Assembly (NCBI GenBank): GCA_024402095.1 | Contig: JAKSJU010000001.1 | Location: 21,248-85,247 of the forward strand | Direction of reading: 5' to 3' | Length of the DNA stretch: 64,000 nucleotides | From: Bacteroidales bacterium | GTDB taxonomy: Bacteria > Bacteroidota > Bacteroidia > Bacteroidales > UBA932 | Part shown: positions 1-9,700 of the stretch, in pieces | Layout of the letters: the number at the start of each line of letters is the position of its first letter | Position numbering within the stretch: the stretch's first letter is position 1 | Translations under genes and position numbers: made by a program | The notes under the pieces: model-generated | What the model was told of the DNA's origin: nothing | Seen by the model: the letters and a program-made list of their open reading frames with translations, nothing else | Databases searched by the model: none

Positions 1-791
1 TGTACATAGCCACCCCTCATTCGCATCACTATGAGCACACCATGCTCGCCCTGAAGCACGGAAAGGCCGTACTCTGCGAGAAGGCGTTCATGGCGAACAC
101 CGCCGAGACCGAGGCTGTCCTCAAGTATGCCGAAGAGCATAAGATTTTCATCACGGAGGCCATCTGGACCCGTTATATGCCGCTTTCTCTCAAGGTCAAG
201 GAAATTATCGACAGCGGGCTTATCGGCAAGCCTCTCATGCTGTCCGCCACCATCGGATATCCTATGGGCTGGAAGGACAGGATCCAGAAGCCGGAGCTTT
301 GCGGAGGCTCACTTCTCGACATAGGCGTATATGCCATCAATTTCGCAAGGATGTATTTCGGCGAGGACTATGACAAGGTATGCGGACATTGCGTCCAGAA
401 CGAACTCGGCATGGACCTCCAGAACACCATCACCCTGAACTACCGCGACGGACGCATGGCCAATCTCCAGTCCACGGCCATCGCAGCCAATGACCTCCAG
501 GGTATCATCAGCTGCGAAAACGGTTTCCTGGTGGTGGACAACATCAACAACCCCCAGACTGCCACAGTCTATAACGTGGACCACGAAGTCCTGCAGGTGC
601 ACAATGCGGACGGAAAGATAACAGGATACGAATATCAGGTGTTTGCATGCGAGGAGGCTCTCGCCAACGGCTGGCTGGAATCCCCATATATGCCGCATGC
701 TGAAACAGTGAAGATAATGAAGATGATGGACGCCCTCCGCAAGGAGTGGGGAGTCGTCTATCCAAATGACAGCAGATGCTTGGAGAAGTAG
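1..791 (+). CDS. Gfo/Idh/MocA family oxidoreductase (5' truncated by window)
   Basis: Frame is open from the window start (YIATPHSHHYEHTM...). Motifs VLCEKAF and GGSLLDIGVY are present. Confidence 0.85.
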   Translation, partial: YIATPHSHHYEHTMLALKHGKAVLCEKAFMANTAETEAVLKYAEEHKIFITEAIWTRYMPLSLKVKEIIDSGLIGKPLMLSATIGYPMGWKDRIQKPELCGGSLLDIGVYAINFARMYFGEDYDKVCGHCVQNELGMDLQNTITLNYRDGRMANLQSTAIAANDLQGIISCENGFLVVDNINNPQTATVYNVDHEVLQVHNADGKITGYEYQVFACEEALANGWLESPYMPHAETVKIMKMMDALRKEWGVVYPNDSRCLEK

Positions 792-1561
792 TGAAAATAG
801 TCAGGGAGGCTTCCCTGATTATGTATAAGCGTGATTTTACAGTAAGGTCGAAAGGAGGGTACGAGAATCTGGTCACTTCGTCCGACGAGGCGGTCCAGGC
901 TTTGCTCCGGGAGAGGCTCGCGGACCTTCTGCCCGGTTCGGGCTTCATCTGTGAGGAAGATGACATAAAGGATACGGCACACGAATATGTCTGGATAATC
1001 GACCCTATCGACGGGACCTGCAATTTCTCCAGGGGTATATCTGAATGCTGTATTTCCGTAGCCCTACGCAAGGGCACCGAAATTGTCCTCGCTGTGGTGT
1101 ACAATCCCTACAGAAAGGCTCTGTACACAGCTTTGAAGGGCAGGGGAGCACGGCTCAACGGCCGGCTTATCCACGTGTCGGACCGTCCTTTCAGCGACGG
1201 ACTGCTCTGCACGGCGCTGTGCGTGTACAGCAAGCAATACTCCGGGATATGCAGCGACATCATCAGGGAGGTTTTCCCGAAATGCAATGACGTGCGCCGG
1301 TTCGGCTCCGCCGCTTTGGAACTGTGCTATCTCGCCCAGGGACTCTGCGACCTGTATTTCGAGTACAGGGTCAATGCCTGGGACTATTCCGCCGCATACC
1401 TCGTCCTGAAAGAGGCGGGAGGCGTGCTTACCGGTCGCGACGGGGAGAAACTTGGCTTTGACCGTCCCACCATTCTTGTCGGGGCTAACAATGAGGCAAA
1501 CCACAGGATTCTCTCCGAGATAATCACCCGCCATACCAAACCGGACCCTTATGAAGACTAA
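776..1561 (+). CDS. Inositol monophosphatase family protein (SuhB-like)
   Basis: Motifs CEE, WIIDPIDGTCNF, RRFGSAAL, WDYSAAYLVLKEAGG. Confidence 0.9.
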   Translation: MLGEVVKIVREASLIMYKRDFTVRSKGGYENLVTSSDEAVQALLRERLADLLPGSGFICEEDDIKDTAHEYVWIIDPIDGTCNFSRGISECCISVALRKGTEIVLAVVYNPYRKALYTALKGRGARLNGRLIHVSDRPFSDGLLCTALCVYSKQYSGICSDIIREVFPKCNDVRRFGSAALELCYLAQGLCDLYFEYRVNAWDYSAAYLVLKEAGGVLTGRDGEKLGFDRPTILVGANNEANHRILSEIITRHTKPDPYED

Positions 1562-1985
1562 GCAGGAAATACGTGAGTTCATCAGGCAGCGGCGCCGCGA
1601 GTACGACAGGGTTGCAGAGGATTCCGCGCTTATTTGCGGGAAGATAGCCGCAATGCCCGAATTCATCGGGGCCGGGACGGTGCTCAGCTATTCTCCGATG
1701 CGCGGAGAAGTGGACGTCCGGCCGCTTGCCGCTTTCGGGAAAAAGATTGTCCTTCCTGAGGATGAACCCTTTCCTGATCCTTCTTCCATAGATTTCGCAG
1801 TGGTGCCCGGGGTGGCATATGACAGGGCTGCCAACAGACTTGGGCGCGGGGGCGGTTACTATGACCGGCTCATCCCGCAGCTGCGCTGCATTACAGTGGC
1901 CCCGGCCTTCTCGTTCCAGATATTCGATGAAGTCCCGATGGAGCCCTGGGACCGTCCGGTCGACAGGGTGGTCACAGAAAAATGA
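1551..1985 (+). CDS. 5-formyltetrahydrofolate cyclo-ligase (short form)
   Basis: KQEIR N-terminus, then GEVD and VVPGVAYD...RLGRGGGYYDR. Confidence 0.85.
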   Translation: MKTKQEIREFIRQRRREYDRVAEDSALICGKIAAMPEFIGAGTVLSYSPMRGEVDVRPLAAFGKKIVLPEDEPFPDPSSIDFAVVPGVAYDRAANRLGRGGGYYDRLIPQLRCITVAPAFSFQIFDEVPMEPWDRPVDRVVTEK

Positions 1986-2016
1986 AACCGGAATCCTGAA
2001 GACTGGATCCCGGTTT
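1978..2016 (-). terminator. Intrinsic terminator of rpsU (possibly bidirectional)
   Basis: Minus strand reads AAACCGGGATCC-agtcttca-GGATTCCGGTTT followed by CATTTTT, between convergent genes. Confidence 0.75.
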
Positions 2017-2037
2017 ATTGTAATTATTAGTTTAGAA

Positions 2038-2232
2038 TTACTGATCTTCCTCGATGCGGAGATGCTGAACGTAGATAGCTTTCTGCTTTGCTACGCGGCG
2101 CTTCTCTGAAGGCTTCTCAAAGTTCTTGCGTGCGCGGAGCTCGCGGACTGCACCTGTCTTTTCGAATTTGCGCTTGAATTTCTTAAGAGCTCTTTCGATA
2201 TTCTCACCTTCTTTAACCTGTACGATAATCAT
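2038..2232 (-). CDS. rpsU: 30S ribosomal protein bS21
   Basis: MIIVQVKEGENIERALKKFKRKFEKTG...FEKPS, with a Bacteroidota-type C-terminus containing Tyr54. Confidence 0.97.
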   Translation of the reverse strand: MIIVQVKEGENIERALKKFKRKFEKTGAVRELRARKNFEKPSEKRRVAKQKAIYVQHLRIEEDQ

Positions 2233-2969
2233 TTTAAATCACCCCCTTTTTCTTTGAGGTCGCAAAGATATAAACATTTTTTGAATTCTGACATACCTTC
2301 CGTCGCAACTTTTTGAATATGTTTGATACGAGGGTCGAAAAGCGGTACTTCCGCAGGATCAATGATATAGATTGGAGCCTCCGGACGGGCGTATCTGTAC
2401 AGTCCTGCTGCAGGGTAGACCTGAAGCGAGGTCCCTACTATAAGCACGATGGCCGCCTGTGACACGAGCTCTATCGCGCGCTCCATTTTCGGGACAGCCT
2501 CTCCGAAGAACACGATGTGCGGGCGCAGCTGCACTCCGTTCACGGCCTTGTCACCCAGGTTGACCTGCTCGTAACCTATGTCTGTTACATATTTCTCGGA
2601 GTATCCGTCTTCGTCGTTGTAGGTATTCTCCGGGCGAACCTTGGTGGCTTCGCCGTGCAGGTGCACGACGTGCGTAGAGCCGGCCTTCTCGTGCAGGTTG
2701 TCCACATTCTGGGTGATCACGTCCACGATATAGTCTTTCTCCAGCCCGGCAATGTCCAGATGGGCGCTGTTGGGACGGGTGTCGCGGAGCTTTGCGCGCT
2801 GCATGTTGTAGAAATCCAGGACAAGCTTCCTGTTGCGGTACCATCCTTCGATGGACGCCACTTCCATAGGGTCATAGCTGTCCCAAAGTCCGCCGTTGTC
2901 CCTGTATGTGCCGAGTCCGCTCTCGGCGCTGACCCCGGCTCCTGTCAAAACTGCAATTCTCTGTTTCAT
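2229..2969 (-). CDS. cobB: NAD-dependent protein deacylase (sirtuin)
   Basis: Motifs GAGVSAESG, ITQNVDNLHEKAG, HLHG, LRPHIVFFGE, GTSLQVYPAA. Confidence 0.92.
   Translation of the reverse strand: MKQRIAVLTGAGVSAESGLGTYRDNGGLWDSYDPMEVASIEGWYRNRKLVLDFYNMQRAKLRDTRPNSAHLDIAGLEKDYIVDVITQNVDNLHEKAGSTHVVHLHGEATKVRPENTYNDEDGYSEKYVTDIGYEQVNLGDKAVNGVQLRPHIVFFGEAVPKMERAIELVSQAAIVLIVGTSLQVYPAAGLYRYARPEAPIYIIDPAEVPLFDPRIKHIQKVATEGMSEFKKCLYLCDLKEKGGDLK
2238..2270 (-). promoter_or_regulatory. Extended Shine-Dalgarno plus internal -7 promoter element for rpsU
   Basis: Minus strand: TATCTTTG (2263-2270) ... AAAAGGGGGTGAT (2238-2250) ttaaa ATG. Confidence 0.75.
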
Positions 2970-4117
2970 TCGATTCCGAAATAATATTTTTTGGCCCAGT
3001 ATTCAAACATCGGGTCGATTATCACCGGCTGGTCCTCCCCGTCGAAGAAGATGATCTCTTTCTTGCAAAGGGCCTCCCTGAGACGCTTTACATTGGCCGA
3101 TGAGTTAAGTCTGTATTTTTCAATTACTTCCGTTGAGCAAAACTTGGTGTTTCCTTCCAGGATGGCCTTCAGCAGGGATACCTGGAAAGTGGTCAGGTCA
3201 TTCATTATGGCCGAGAATCCCGGCTCGTGGATGGCACATAGCCGCTCCAGCGCCGAGTTCAGCACCGGCTCCATGATGTATCCCTTGGAAAGAGAGTCGC
3301 AGATGGCGCAGAAATGGTTGATATACCATAGGTTGCCCTTGAAAAGGATGCACACTCCGGTCATAAGGTCCTTGTCGATCACTTTTCCCGTGGTCAGGAA
3401 AGTCCTGATTGCGTGCTCGCATATCTCCTTGTTGCTCACAGGGTTCAGGTCCAGCCTCTCGACCGTGCGGAAAAACATTCTCCGGTGGTCGAACATCTCC
3501 TTCATGGCATTGATTCTGGACCCGCACAGCACATAGCAGGCTCTCTTCCTGCCTTCGGGAAGCAGCTTGTTGAATATGTCTTCCAGTATGCCGCAGGCCT
3601 CCTCGCCTCCTTCCGCAAGCATGATGTTCTGGAACTCCTCGACGATTACGACGAATTTCGACCCCTTCACCTCGGCAAGTTTGTACGGCAGGGTGAAGAT
3701 TTCGCGGATGTCCCGGGAGTCCGGCTCCCCGTCAAGCGCAACGGTAAGGTTTCTTGACTCGAATGTCTGCTCGTCAAAAATGAAATGCGTTCCCGGGAGG
3801 TATCTGGCGATGGAATCTTCGTATTCCTCGGGGGTGTTGCCGGTCATCTTGATGAGCTCGGAGCCCATTTTGAGCACGAACTCGGATATGTCCCTGACAC
3901 TGAGCAGGGAAAGTTCGACGATATTGAACTGCTCGCCTTCGACCCTGAGGTTGAAGCAGGCCTGATGCACCAGGGAGCGCTTGCCTGTCTTGGGAGGAGC
4001 CTGAAGTACAACGTTCTCTCCCTGTCTGATGAGGTTCCCCAGGGCGGAGACTTCTCCTCTCCGGCCTATGAAGTTCTTGCCTGTTACATATGATGAATAG
4101 ACGAATCCGCTCTCCAT
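2966..4117 (-). CDS. P-loop ATPase (archaeal-type AAA/ATPase_2-like) with C-terminal winged-helix-like region
   Basis: FIGR, Walker A-like APPKTGKRS, Walker B-like VVIVEEFQ, C-terminal IIDPMF. Start moved to ATG 4117, downstream of a TAATTTTG promoter element. Confidence 0.7.
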   Translation of the reverse strand: MESGFVYSSYVTGKNFIGRRGEVSALGNLIRQGENVVLQAPPKTGKRSLVHQACFNLRVEGEQFNIVELSLLSVRDISEFVLKMGSELIKMTGNTPEEYEDSIARYLPGTHFIFDEQTFESRNLTVALDGEPDSRDIREIFTLPYKLAEVKGSKFVVIVEEFQNIMLAEGGEEACGILEDIFNKLLPEGRKRACYVLCGSRINAMKEMFDHRRMFFRTVERLDLNPVSNKEICEHAIRTFLTTGKVIDKDLMTGVCILFKGNLWYINHFCAICDSLSKGYIMEPVLNSALERLCAIHEPGFSAIMNDLTTFQVSLLKAILEGNTKFCSTEVIEKYRLNSSANVKRLREALCKKEIIFFDGEDQPVIIDPMFEYWAKKYYFGIE

Positions 4118-4152
4118 AACAAAAATGTTATAAGGCAAAATTAGCAATTTAT

Positions 4153-4183
4153 TTTGCAGAAACGAGGAAAAAAGCTAAATTTG
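4153..4183 (+). promoter_or_regulatory. Bacteroidota sigma-ABfr promoter for rplU-rpmA
   Basis: TTTG (4153-4156), 19-nt spacer, TAAATTTG (4176-4183). A divergent TAATTTTG lies on the minus strand at 4136-4143. Confidence 0.8.
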
Positions 4184-4276
4184 CAGTCCAAATTATTGAC
4201 ATGACCGATAAGCCATTGAAAAAGAGCCGTTTGGAGAACGGACGCTTACGGTTGAAACTTTTAAAAGTTTTATTAG

Positions 4277-4588
4277 ATGTACGCAATCGTAGACATCGCA
4301 GGCCAGCAGTTCAAAGTAGAGGCTGGCGCTGAAATCTTTGTCCAGAGACTTCCTCAGGCCAAAGGTGCTGCCGTTGAGTTCGACAAGGTGCTTCTCGTTG
4401 ACAATGAGGGCAAGGTAAAGGTCGGAACTCCTTATGTCAAGGGCGCTGTCGTAAAGGCAACTGTCCTTGATGATACCTGCAGAGCTGACAAGGTTATCGT
4501 TTTCAAGAAGATCGCCCACAAGGGATTCCAGACTTGCAACGGACACCGCCAGTTACTTACTAAGATCCAGATTAACGAAATCGCTTAA
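4277..4588 (+). CDS. rplU: 50S ribosomal protein bL21
   Basis: MYAIVDIAGQQFKV...KVIVFKK...GHRQ. Confidence 0.97.
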   Translation: MYAIVDIAGQQFKVEAGAEIFVQRLPQAKGAAVEFDKVLLVDNEGKVKVGTPYVKGAVVKATVLDDTCRADKVIVFKKIAHKGFQTCNGHRQLLTKIQINEIA

Positions 4589-4600
4589 TTTCATCAGATT

Positions 4601-4861
4601 ATGGCACACAAGAAAGGTCAATCCAGTTCAAAGAACGGTCGTGAGTCCCATAGCAAACGATTGGGCCTCAAGAAATTCGGCGGTGAGGTAGTTAAAGCCG
4701 GAAACATCATTGTACGTCAGAGAGGAACAGTCCACAATCCTGACCGCAACGTCGGAATGGGCAAGGACCACACACTCTATGCTCTTATTGACGGAACTGT
4801 CAAGTTCACACGCAAGAGAGAAGATAAATCTTACGTATCGGTAATCCCTTTTGAGAACTAA
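4601..4861 (+). CDS. rpmA: 50S ribosomal protein bL27
   Basis: [22 protein letters not shown]...IIVRQRGT. Confidence 0.98.
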   Translation: MAHKKGQSSSKNGRESHSKRLGLKKFGGEVVKAGNIIVRQRGTVHNPDRNVGMGKDHTLYALIDGTVKFTRKREDKSYVSVIPFEN

Positions 4862-4884
4862 TCTCGGAGGGTTATGTAAATAAC

Positions 4885-4930
4885 AAAGGACTTGCACTTC
4901 GAGACGGGTGTGGGTCCTTTTTGATTTTTT
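4885..4930 (+). terminator. Intrinsic terminator after rpmA
   Basis: AAAGGACTTGCACTT-cgagac-GGGTGTGGGTCCTTT (G-U rich stem) followed by TTGATTTTTT. Confidence 0.7.
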
Positions 4931-4934
4931 GAAT

Positions 4935-6206
4935 ATGTTAACACTTAAAGTTCTTCGCGAAGACCCTGAGCTGGTCATCAGGAAACTGGCCAAGAAGCAT
5001 TTCGATGCGAGGCCGATAGTAGAAAAAGTACTTGAACTCGACACTCTGCGCCGTTCTCTCCAGACAGAGAGTGACGCGATAGTGGCTGTCCAGAAGCAGA
5101 AGGCTGCCGAGATCGGCGGCTTTATGAAGCAGGGACTCAAGGCTGAGGCAGAGGCTGCCAAGGCCGAGGTGGCTGCTCTCAAGGAGAAGTCAAACGACCT
5201 TATCTCCAAGCTCGAGGCTGCTGAGAAGGAAATGAACGACCTCATCGTTCTCATGCCTAACCTTCCTTGCGACCTGGTACCTGAGGGAGCCGGCGCTGCC
5301 GACAATCTCGTGGTCAAGATGGGCGGGCCTGAGACCGAACTTCCTGCGAACGCTCTTCCGCATTGGGAACTTGCAAAGAAATATGACCTTATCGACTTTG
5401 ACCTCGGAGTCAAGATCACCGGGGCCGGTTTTCCTGTCTACAAGGGCAAGGGTGCAAAGCTCCAGAGGGCTCTCATCAATTTCTTCCTTGACTGCAACAC
5501 TGCAGACGGATACCTTGAGGTGGAGCCTCCTGTAATGGTCAATAAGGATTCCGGATTCGGCACAGGCCAGCTTCCTGACAAGGAGGGACAGATGTACCAC
5601 GCCGAGGTCGATGACTTCTATATGGTGCCTACGGCCGAAGTCCCTGTGACTAACATTTTCCGTGACGTCATTCTCGGTGCCAATGAGATTCCTCAGAGGC
5701 TCACAGCTTATACCCCATGCTTCCGCCGCGAGGCCGGTTCATACGGCAAGGACGTACGCGGACTCAACAGACTGCATCAGTTCGACAAGGTTGAGATCGT
5801 ACGTGTGGAGAGGCCTGAGGATTCTTACAAGGCGCTCGACGATATGGTAGCACACGTTGAGGAAATCGTAAACAAGCTCGGATTGAAGTACAGGATTCTC
5901 CGTCTCTGCGGAGGCGACATGTCCTTCACTTCAGCCATCACATATGACTTTGAGCTCTGGTCAGCCGCTCAGCAGCGCTGGCTCGAGATATCTTCAGTAT
6001 CAAACTTCGAGACATACCAGGCCAACCGTCTGCACCTGCGCTATCGCGACGAGGACGGCAAGACCCAGCTCGCCCACACTCTGAACGGAAGCTCCCTTGC
6101 TCTCCCGCGCGTGGTTGCGGCATTGCTCGAGAACTGTCAGACTGAGGACGGAATCGTCATCCCTGAGGCTCTCCGTCCGTATACGGGATTTGACAGAATT
6201 GACTAA
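4935..6206 (+). CDS. serS: Serine--tRNA ligase
   Basis: Coiled-coil N-terminus. Motifs GTGQLP, PTAEVP, FRREAG, GLNRLHQFDKVE, HTLNGS. Confidence 0.97.
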   Translation: MLTLKVLREDPELVIRKLAKKHFDARPIVEKVLELDTLRRSLQTESDAIVAVQKQKAAEIGGFMKQGLKAEAEAAKAEVAALKEKSNDLISKLEAAEKEMNDLIVLMPNLPCDLVPEGAGAADNLVVKMGGPETELPANALPHWELAKKYDLIDFDLGVKITGAGFPVYKGKGAKLQRALINFFLDCNTADGYLEVEPPVMVNKDSGFGTGQLPDKEGQMYHAEVDDFYMVPTAEVPVTNIFRDVILGANEIPQRLTAYTPCFRREAGSYGKDVRGLNRLHQFDKVEIVRVERPEDSYKALDDMVAHVEEIVNKLGLKYRILRLCGGDMSFTSAITYDFELWSAAQQRWLEISSVSNFETYQANRLHLRYRDEDGKTQLAHTLNGSSLALPRVVAALLENCQTEDGIVIPEALRPYTGFDRID

Positions 6207-6756
6207 GTCACGCACTATACTCGGAATAGATCCCGGAACCAATATCATGGGTTTCGGGATCATCCGTGTCAATGCGCAGGGAAAGCCCGAGTTTGTGGAC
6301 ATGGGGGTCATAGACCTCCGCAAGTGCGCCGATGCGTATTCCAAGCTTGAGGTGATAAATGAGAAGGTCGGGGCTCTCTGCGACCTTCACCATCCGGATG
6401 ATATGGCTCTGGAGTCTCCTTTCTACGGGAAGAACGCCCAGGTTATCCTTAAACTCGGCAGAGCCCAGGGCGCAGCAATGATAGCCGCGCTCAATCGGGG
6501 CATACCGGTATTCGAGTATGCACCCCGAAAAGCAAAGATGGCAATCTGCGGCAACGGCGATTCGTCGAAAAATCAAGTTTCACTCATTGTACAACGGACA
6601 TTGGGTATTAACTTTGCTGAGAAATATTTGGACGCCACGGACGCTTTGGCCATTGCAATGTGCCATTACTATCAGTTGACGAATCCTCTGACAAGCAGTC
6701 AGGCTTCGACATCCTGGGAGAAGTTCGTGCAGGCGAATCCGGACAGAATTAAATAA
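6199..6756 (+). CDS. ruvC: Holliday junction resolvase RuvC
   Basis: ILGIDPG, ALESPFYGKN, LGRAQG, DATDALAIAMCH. Likely TTG start at 6199 overlapping the serS stop. Confidence 0.93.
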   Translation: MTKSRTILGIDPGTNIMGFGIIRVNAQGKPEFVDMGVIDLRKCADAYSKLEVINEKVGALCDLHHPDDMALESPFYGKNAQVILKLGRAQGAAMIAALNRGIPVFEYAPRKAKMAICGNGDSSKNQVSLIVQRTLGINFAEKYLDATDALAIAMCHYYQLTNPLTSSQASTSWEKFVQANPDRIK

Positions 6757-6771
6757 GCATCAGATAGTAGT

Positions 6772-9700
6772 ATGAATTATTGTAAGAAAATCTTTCTCGC
6801 CTTGTGCGGGATTGCGTTGTCCTGCGCTATCGCATCCGCACAGGGCAAAAACACAGTGACAGCGAAATTGCTTGACGGAGGAAATGAAGAGCCGGTGAGC
6901 TTTGCCACTGTTTCCATCACGGTTAAAGGTACGACAAAGCCGTACAAATATGTGCTCAGCGGTGAGGATGGAGCCGTGAAATTCGAGGGAGTCAGGAAAG
7001 GCAACTATGTCTTCAAGGCCGAGCTTCTCGGATACAAGGAGTACACCAAGGAGTTTACGATGGAGTCCGCTTCAGTGGATCTCGGCACCATCAAGCTTGA
7101 GAATGACGCCGAGCAGCTCGAGGCCGCAAAGGTGTCTGCAGCAGGAAACCCTGTGATTATCAAGAAGGATACCATCGAGTATAATGCTTCCTCATTCAAG
7201 ACCAACGAGAATGCTGTCCTTGAGGATCTCCTCAAGAAGCTTCCTGGCATCGAGGTGAACGATGACGGTACTATTACTTCCAACGGACAGTCAGTCAGCA
7301 AGATAACCATCGACGGAAAGACATTCTTCCTTGATGACCCTCAGGTGGCGTCAAAGAATATCCCGGCAAAGATGGTCAATAAGCTCAAGGTCATCAGAAA
7401 GAAATCTGAGCAGGCGGAGTTCACGGGAATCGACGACGGTCAGGAAGAGACAGTCATCGACCTTAACGTGATGCCTGATATGATGAGAGGTCTTATCGGC
7501 CGCGCCACAGCTGCGGCTGGTGTGGACATACCTTCAAAAATAAACGCAAACAAGGATTTCCGTTATACAGGAAACGCTTTCGTGGGAAGTTTCAGGGACA
7601 GAACCCAGATAAGCCTCATCCTCAATGCCAACAACGCCAATATGGCAGGTGCCACCAACCGTTCAGGTAATATGATGGGCGCCATGATGGGCGGCGGCAT
7701 GGGTATGATGATGGGCGGTATGGCCGGCGGCACGGGCGGCGGTATGATGATGGGTGGCGGCGGCGTCACCACTTCATATATGGCCGGACTCAACGCTGCA
7801 GCCGACTTCTTTGACGACAGGATGGAACTTGGTGGAAACTACATGTACAACAATTCCAACAATTACCTCAAGCAGTCAAGCCACAACATCAACCACTTGC
7901 CTACAAATGACCTCATCAAGGATTCTGAAGGTGCAAATACGAACCTTTCGGGCGGACACCGTTTCGGTATCAGGCTTGAGCATGAGTTCTCCGAGAACAC
8001 TTCCATTCTCTTCGAGCCTCAGATCAATCTCGGTACGGGTTCATACACTCAGGACCAGACCACTCTCACAAGTTACAATGACCTCAAGAATGATCCGTAT
8101 GACCTCAGTAATTCAACCATAAAGAACAGCGGTGCCAACAAGAATATGAGTGCAAGCGGCCGTTTCCTTCTCAGACAGAGACTCGGAATCCCGGGACGTA
8201 CTCTCACGGTCAATGCAAACTTCAGCTTCTCTGACAACAATATCCTGGGACAGAATTTCAACAGCACTGAATCCTATAATGAAAATGGAAGCGTTGCAGG
8301 AATTCCTGTCATTGTCGACCAGCATTTCACAAATAACCAGAAGCAGACAAGGCTTACCGCGAATGCTACCTTCACCGAGCCTCTCGGAAGCAATTTCTAC
8401 ATTGATGCAGAATATTCCTATTCATGGAACAGATCCGCATCCAATAAGGAAACATTCAACAAGGGTACGGACGGCGCATACAATGTCTTTGATCCTTCAT
8501 ATTCCAACAATATCGTGAACGAGAGCATGCAGCATGACATCGGAGTCAACCTCCTCTATCAGAGTGAGGCGTTCCGTGCCCAGCTCGGTTTCTCTGCTCT
8601 TCCTACACATACCTTCAACAGTACCACACAGTACGATCCGAAGACCGGGTCATACAATCCTAGGAACTATGTGGATGACAGATGGAACTTCTCTCCTCGC
8701 GCAATGGTGTTCGGCACAATAGGCGAGTCTACAGAGATGCGTATATTCTACCGCGGTAACACCCAGCAGCCGTCAACTTCACAGTTGGCTCCGGTTCCGG
8801 ACAATACCGACCCTATGAACATCAGTTTCGGTAACCCTTCATTGACTCCGTATTTCACACACAACGTGAACGGTAGCGTCAGACTCAGCAACCGCCAGAC
8901 ATTCTTCACGATGAACATCAACCTCGGCGGTTCCGTGACACAGAATCCTATCGTCAATGCAACCTGGTACGGTTCGAACGGTGCGAGATATTCAATGCCG
9001 TTCAACGGTGCGAATACTGCAAATGCCAATTTCAACATCACACTCAACTCTCCTATCGCAAAGTCTGACTTCTCCGTCATCAACATGACCAGAGTCAACT
9101 GGAGCAAGAGTTCCACCTATGTCGGAAACGTCGATATGTCCCAGTACAAGTGTGATCCTATGAAGGACTACTACGGATTCATGGATGAATTCATCGCAAA
9201 GCATCCTGACCTCACCAAGGCATCTGACTTCATCACCAACAAGACAAACTCCATCAGGTTGATGGAACAGCTCCGCTTCGTTTACAGGGCTGACAATATC
9301 CAGATAGGAGTATCTGCACGTACAAACGTCAACAAGACCTGGTACTCAATCCAGGAGAACGCGAAGAACACTCTTACGTTCAACAACCGCGCTTCCGTTG
9401 ATTTCGACTGGACTTGGGAAGGCCCCGGCATCCAGTTCACAGCAGATGCCAACTACGATTGGTACAACGGATATGATACCGACCAGCCTAGCCAGTGCAT
9501 TATCAACGCCGGAATATACAAGACCCTCGGTTCTGTAACTCTTTCACTTACCGGAAACGATATCCTCGGACAGACCAGAAACCTCATGGTGTCCGACAGT
9601 GAGACTTACCATCAGGAGTCCGTATCCAATTCCCTCGGACGTTATATCCTCCTCGGAGTTACCTTTAACTTCGGAGCGATGGGCGGACGCCGTGGCGGAA

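Noticed and set aside
2229-4117. Sirtuin plus ATPase as an anti-phage SIR2 system
   Set aside because: The sirtuin is a classic CobB deacylase adjoining rpsU, not a SIR2_2 NADase-type effector.
4868-4884. GGGTTATGTAAATAAC as a dif site
   Set aside because: It has only a partial resemblance to the XerD arm and no XerC arm. It is better explained as a small hairpin before the terminator.
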